Position numbers and translations under genes: made by a program
Notes under the pieces: model-generated
The model's database searches: none
Seen by the model: only the letters and a program-made list of their open reading frames with translations
Told to the model about the DNA's origin: nothing
Assembly: GCA_025449535.1 (NCBI GenBank)
Contig: JANWJF010000001.1
Coordinates: 138,847 to 202,846, forward strand
Reading direction: 5' to 3'
Length of the DNA stretch: 64,000 nucleotides
From: Candidatus Saccharimonadia bacterium
GTDB lineage: Bacteria; Patescibacteriota; SICC01
Shown: positions 57,000-64,000 of the stretch, piece after piece
Position numbering within the stretch: the stretch's first letter is position 1
How the letters are laid out: every line of letters begins with the position of its first letter

Positions 57000-57689
57000 T
57001 CAAACAGGCGTGAGAACGATCTTCTCCTCGTCTTGGTGCATGTAAAGGAAGTGGTACAGGCGCTCGCGCACGCCTGGCTGGGCGAGCCAAAACCGCATGA
57101 AAGCTTCGCACCACTCCTCGATCCAGCCGCCCCGCCCTTCCTGGAGCTGCAGGCGGACCAGCGCCATCTGGTCGTCCGTGGTTTCGTCCGGCAGGAAGGT
57201 ATGCGCCACCTCGTGACCGACGTCCTCGGTGTGTGCCATCGGTGACTTTCGTTCCGGCAGCAGTATGCCGTACCCGTCGAGCAGGTCATGGCTCCCGAAG
57301 ACGGTTTCTTCGCCCTCGTATACTCCGCAGATCATGGCTGTGCGATAATCGCCCTTTCTGATGAAGAGGATCCGGCGCGCACTCAGCTGAGCTTCGATTG
57401 AAGTATCCGCCGCCGTCTCGACAAACCGCATCGCGCCGCCGTGCCGCCTGGGATCGGGTGGGCATTCCGCGAACCAGTCGTCGAGGTGCAGTTCCCGCAT
57501 GTTGATCCCGTCCACGTCTAGGTACCCCTGGCGCGGATCGCCGGAGACGATGGATTCGAAGAGGCCGCCCGGCAAGTAGCGTCTGTTCGGCAGCCTGACC
57601 AGTTCGGCGGGTGAAAAGTCACGCGCGCCACCGGCCGCGGCGAGCAGCTCGGGAATATCGAACCGGTAATAATCCTCAGGTTTCTTCAT
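57000..57689 (-). CDS. HExxH-motif hypothetical protein (possible zinc metallopeptidase)
   Basis: ORF track; VGHEVAHTF. Confidence 0.5.
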   Translation of the reverse strand: MKKPEDYYRFDIPELLAAAGGARDFSPAELVRLPNRRYLPGGLFESIVSGDPRQGYLDVDGINMRELHLDDWFAECPPDPRRHGGAMRFVETAADTSIEAQLSARRILFIRKGDYRTAMICGVYEGEETVFGSHDLLDGYGILLPERKSPMAHTEDVGHEVAHTFLPDETTDDQMALVRLQLQEGRGGWIEEWCEAFMRFWLAQPGVRERLYHFLYMHQDEEKIVLTPV

Positions 57690-57734
57690 GTCCTGGTGAC
57701 CACGGACGGACCACCCATGGTATCACCCGGCGGC

Positions 57735-58775
57735 TCAGGATTTCTTCGCCGGCTCGACTTCCGAGACCGGTTCCTCGGGCAGTTCCGTGAACCGTTCCAA
57801 CTTCTCCGCCACCTTGGCCTGCTTGCCGCTCAGCGAGCCGGCCTTGTCGATCTTCCCTTTCATCCGGTCGTAGTCCTTCTCGATGGACGGGATCGTCTTC
57901 TGGGCGTTGCCGAGGTGCTTGAACAGCAATCCCAGGTTCGCGCCCAGCTTGCCGGAGTCCTGCTGGATCGCTCGCAGCTCGTTGAGGACCTCCTTGGCCC
58001 GCGCCTCGATCTGCTCGCCCTCGAAGCTCTTCAGGACTAGCTGCAGGAACAGGTAGAAGTTGTTGGGCGAGACCAGGATCACGTGCTTCTCGGACGCGAA
58101 GTCGAAGAGGTCGGTATTGTTGTAGATCTCCTGGAACACCGCCTCGCCAGGCACGTACATGAACGCGTAATCGACGGTCTGCTCGCCCGGCAGGATGTAC
58201 TTCTTGGCGATGTCCGTGACGTGCTTCTTCACCTGCTGGCGGAACTCCCGCAGCAACGGCTCGCGGCCCTCGCCCTTCACCTTCTGGGCCGCCAGCCACT
58301 TCTCCAGCGGGAACTTCGAGTCGATCGGAATCATGCCGCTCGAGGTCAGCACCACCGCGTCCACCTTCTCCCCACTCTTGAACGTATGTTGCAGCTTGAA
58401 CTTCGTCTTCGGCAGGCATTCGGAGAGGATGTCCTTCATCAACGACTCGCCGACATTGCCGCGCAGCTTCGGCGAGCGGAACACGTCGCGCATCTCCTCG
58501 ATCGACTGGCCCATCTTCTGGATCCGGCCGACCTCCTTGTTGAGCTCGGCGATCACGCCGGCCGCCTTGTCCAGCCGCTGGCTGATCTCCTTGCTGGCCT
58601 CCTGCGATCCCCGGCTGGCGTGACGTTGGTCCTCCTTGAAGTCCTTCAACCACTGCATCAGGGCGGAATCACCATCGTCGGACTCACGCGCCTTCCGCTG
58701 CTTGAGCAACTCATAATAGACGGCGCCGATCATCACGATCAGCACGGCGGCAGCGATGACGAGGATAGTAGTCAT
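57735..58775 (-). CDS. rmuC: DNA recombination protein RmuC
   Basis: N-terminal TM + coiled coil, C-terminal RmuC nuclease-like region (YAFMYVPGEAVF, HVILVSPNNFY). Confidence 0.85.
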   Translation of the reverse strand: MTTILVIAAAVLIVMIGAVYYELLKQRKARESDDGDSALMQWLKDFKEDQRHASRGSQEASKEISQRLDKAAGVIAELNKEVGRIQKMGQSIEEMRDVFRSPKLRGNVGESLMKDILSECLPKTKFKLQHTFKSGEKVDAVVLTSSGMIPIDSKFPLEKWLAAQKVKGEGREPLLREFRQQVKKHVTDIAKKYILPGEQTVDYAFMYVPGEAVFQEIYNNTDLFDFASEKHVILVSPNNFYLFLQLVLKSFEGEQIEARAKEVLNELRAIQQDSGKLGANLGLLFKHLGNAQKTIPSIEKDYDRMKGKIDKAGSLSGKQAKVAEKLERFTELPEEPVSEVEPAKKS

Positions 58776-58881
58776 ATGTATACGGTACTCCGTTTTTTCT
58801 ACTGCTTCCAGCGTATACCAAACGGAAGAGAGCGAGCGCCTATGATGGTGGGCGCTCGCCCGTTGCTTCCGTCACTGCTGG

Positions 58882-59373
58882 TCAGTCTGCCTTCTGGTCG
58901 GCGGTCCAGGACCTCACCGGCTCCATTTTCCCTTCCCGCAGCAAGTTGAAGTACTCGCGGACACGGATGAACGTCGGTCCTTCGACCCGGATGAACCACT
59001 GGGTGGTCTTGGTTTTCTTGTCGTAGCTGACCTCGACCGTGGCGTAGCAAGCCAGTTGTGGGTCATTTTCGTAAATGCCCTCGGTGGGCGGATTCGCGAC
59101 CCCAGTGGCCTGGATCACGATTTTTGAGAACTCGACGTCCTTCAGGCCTCCCGGCAACCTGCGGGGCAGATGATTCAGCGTCAGGTGCTGGCCCTCCTCG
59201 CCCTCGAAGACGCGGAAGCCACCGACCGTCGACCGCTCCGTCTTGCGGCCGACGACTCGCGCCGCGACGGGCTTTTTCAGAAACAGGTGGACGAACATGT
59301 CCACTCCTTCCTTCTGCTGATGTGTAGTGGTAGTGATGCCTCGTCCGCAGCAGTAACGGAGAGCCGGTCGCAA
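58882..59373 (-). CDS. hypothetical protein
   Basis: ORF track; true start may be the internal MFVHLFLKK. Confidence 0.35.
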   Translation of the reverse strand: MRPALRYCCGRGITTTTHQQKEGVDMFVHLFLKKPVAARVVGRKTERSTVGGFRVFEGEEGQHLTLNHLPRRLPGGLKDVEFSKIVIQATGVANPPTEGIYENDPQLACYATVEVSYDKKTKTTQWFIRVEGPTFIRVREYFNLLREGKMEPVRSWTADQKAD

Positions 59374-59461
59374 GCGAAGTATCGCTTGCGATCGGCTCTC
59401 CGCTGCGGTATGTAAAAGGACAAAAGCCCTTTAGTGTAGGACTTTTTGACCAGTCATACAA

Positions 59462-60208
59462 TCACAGCACGTCGTCCGGCGAACCGACGATCCGCGGCTC
59501 AGAGAGGTCGTAGACCACGTCCTTACGCTCGACCAATACTCGCCAACCAGCCCGCTTCGCTTTATCCAGGAGCTTTCGGTTCGGGTTGAAGGCGATCGGA
59601 TTCTCGACCATCTCCAGGAAACCGATGTCCGTCTCCGTGTCGCCGACGCCGACGGAGCCGTCCAGCGTCACCTCGGCGTGCTCGGAGAGAAAGTACTTCA
59701 CAACCTTCTCCTTGCCGTCCATCGGGTGCTGGCCGACGGACTTCCCGGTGAACTTCCCGCCTTGGACCTCCTGCTGCCAGCCGTAGATGTAGTCGAACTT
59801 CAGGGACCGGTTGTACGTCTTGAGCGCGCCTTGCAGCATGCCGGAGACGGCCATCAGTACGTAGCCCTTGGCCCGGAGCCGTTCCAGCAGGTTGTGCGTG
59901 AACTGATACTGGCGGTCCTTGAGCTCGTCGATCACCGCGGCGGCGAACCGGTTGAACTCACGTTCATCCAGGCCGATGAAATGCTTCTCGATGAAACTGA
60001 CCAACTGTTGGTTGTATTCCTCGAAGCTTCCCTGCCGGTCCTTCCAGGCGTTCTTGGCTGCCACCAGTTCCTGGTAGACGGATTCGGGGATCCGGTCGGT
60101 CGCGATCATCCGATCGACGATCTCGATCATCACCGCGCTGCGGAACAGCGTGCCGTCGATGTCGAAGACGGCCAAAGGACGCTGTTCGTGCGTGTGTTTC
60201 GGTGTCAC
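59462..60208 (-). CDS. HAD-superfamily hydrolase (HAD-IB-like)
   Basis: motif I FDIDGTLF and motif IV GVGDTETD; start trimmed to GTG to avoid overlap with the upstream helicase gene. Confidence 0.7.
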   Translation of the reverse strand: MTPKHTHEQRPLAVFDIDGTLFRSAVMIEIVDRMIATDRIPESVYQELVAAKNAWKDRQGSFEEYNQQLVSFIEKHFIGLDEREFNRFAAAVIDELKDRQYQFTHNLLERLRAKGYVLMAVSGMLQGALKTYNRSLKFDYIYGWQQEVQGGKFTGKSVGQHPMDGKEKVVKYFLSEHAEVTLDGSVGVGDTETDIGFLEMVENPIAFNPNRKLLDKAKRAGWRVLVERKDVVYDLSEPRIVGSPDDVL

Positions 60209-60258
60209 GGACCTAGTGTAACGCGGGTTGGCATTGCCGGGGTCGCGTCCCCGTGACG

Positions 60259-63201
<2,943 letters not shown>

Positions 63202-63242
63202 GGGTCCATTGTACCGTGCCGGCCTTGCAATAAGGTAAGGCC

Positions 63243-63542
63243 ATGGAGCGGGAACACAGCGAGGAAGAGCGCCAGAACAAGTTCCGCAAGGCGTTGGCCA
63301 GCGCCATCGAGATCGACGACCAGGAGTTCGCCACGCAGCTACTGGAAGGCCGCGACGTGGATCCCTCGAAGATGGTCGGCTGGCTCGAACGGCAGGCCCA
63401 GGCCGCGGAACCCGAGGTGGCGATTCACTGGTACCGGACGATCCAGAGCTACGCCCAGCGCCACATCAACGAGCGGCACATGTACGGCGACACGACGGTG
63501 CTCGAAGCGGCCCGCGACCGGGCCTTGTGGAAGGCCTTCTAG
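63243..63542 (+). CDS. hypothetical protein
   Basis: ORF track only. Confidence 0.4.
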   Translation: MEREHSEEERQNKFRKALASAIEIDDQEFATQLLEGRDVDPSKMVGWLERQAQAAEPEVAIHWYRTIQSYAQRHINERHMYGDTTVLEAARDRALWKAF

Positions 63543-63980
63543 CTACTCGAACAACCCGCCGCCCTTGTCCTTGCGCAATCGACCAGACACCCGTCTGCGG
63601 GAGGGCTTTCGCGGCGCGGGCGTGGACCCCTGGGTCACGTAGGTCACGCCCTGCCGCGTCGTCCGCTGGAGCACGGCGTAGGCCGCCGCCGCGGCCGCGG
63701 TCAGCGTGGCTAGGACGATCAGGCTGAAGAGCACCAGGCCACGGATCCGTTCGAACTCGGTCCCGAGCAGTGCGTCGAAGTAGTCAGACGCCAACGGCAG
63801 CAACGCGCCCAGCCCGATGATCGTGCAAATCACGACGAACGCCGCCAACCCCGCCCGGAGGTCCTGCATGCTTGGGGCCATCGCCGCGGTGACACTCGAG
63901 GCCAGGTACGCGAACGCCAGGAACTGCCAGCTCGAGATCTCCAGTTCCCCGAGTCCGACGAATCCTGGCACTAGCAGCAC
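63543..63980 (-). CDS. membrane protein (may extend past window end)
   Basis: ORF track; several hydrophobic helices. Confidence 0.4.
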   Translation of the reverse strand: MLLVPGFVGLGELEISSWQFLAFAYLASSVTAAMAPSMQDLRAGLAAFVVICTIIGLGALLPLASDYFDALLGTEFERIRGLVLFSLIVLATLTAAAAAAYAVLQRTTRQGVTYVTQGSTPAPRKPSRRRVSGRLRKDKGGGLFE

Positions 63981-64000
63981 CGCCAGGAGGTAGACCGCGA

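Overview
High-GC (~64%) bacterial chromosomal segment, densely packed and almost entirely transcribed from the minus strand. Core content: class A PBP, topA, lexA, dprA, mfd-pth-der, S11 D-Ala-D-Ala carboxypeptidase, scpB-scpA, gltX, a stand-alone GGDEF protein, TagA-like and GT4 glycosyltransferases, mreB, murA, atpD-atpC (without atpA/atpG nearby), a two-component cluster (sensor kinase, a kinase-like protein lacking the phospho-acceptor His, CheY-like regulator), prfB with its +1 frameshift, sortase plus an LPXTG-type substrate, several secreted proteins, rplL-rplJ, a dcd / CYTH-like / thyA / folA block sitting between rplJ and rplA-rplK-nusG-secE-murB, a ~6 kb lower-GC accessory stretch (ZIP transporter, VOC protein, ParB-like nuclease-domain protein, SAM methyltransferase, hypotheticals), a tRNA/rpmG cluster with an inserted P-loop kinase, holB, cmk-like, rluA-family, lspA, lgt, a ~0.93 kb non-coding gap, rmuC, a HAD hydrolase and a UvrD-like helicase-nuclease. 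UGA is a stop codon (prfB frameshift site, lexA stop). Sortase/LPXTG and TagA-like genes suggest a monoderm-type envelope (inference). No CRISPR array, transposase or integrase was seen. The three observations I rate highest are (i) the non-coding gap at 56065-56999 with long inverted repeats, (ii) a lexA module with a perfect 16-bp palindrome of unfamiliar sequence in its promoter and a co-transcribed 53-aa membrane ORF, and (iii) the lower-GC stretch at 43742-49865. All calls rest on motif reading by eye; no database search was run. CDS coordinates follow the supplied ORF track, with starts trimmed by whole codons where the track over-extends; features not in the track (tRNAs, small ORFs, hairpins, promoters) were counted by hand and may be off by 1-2 nt.
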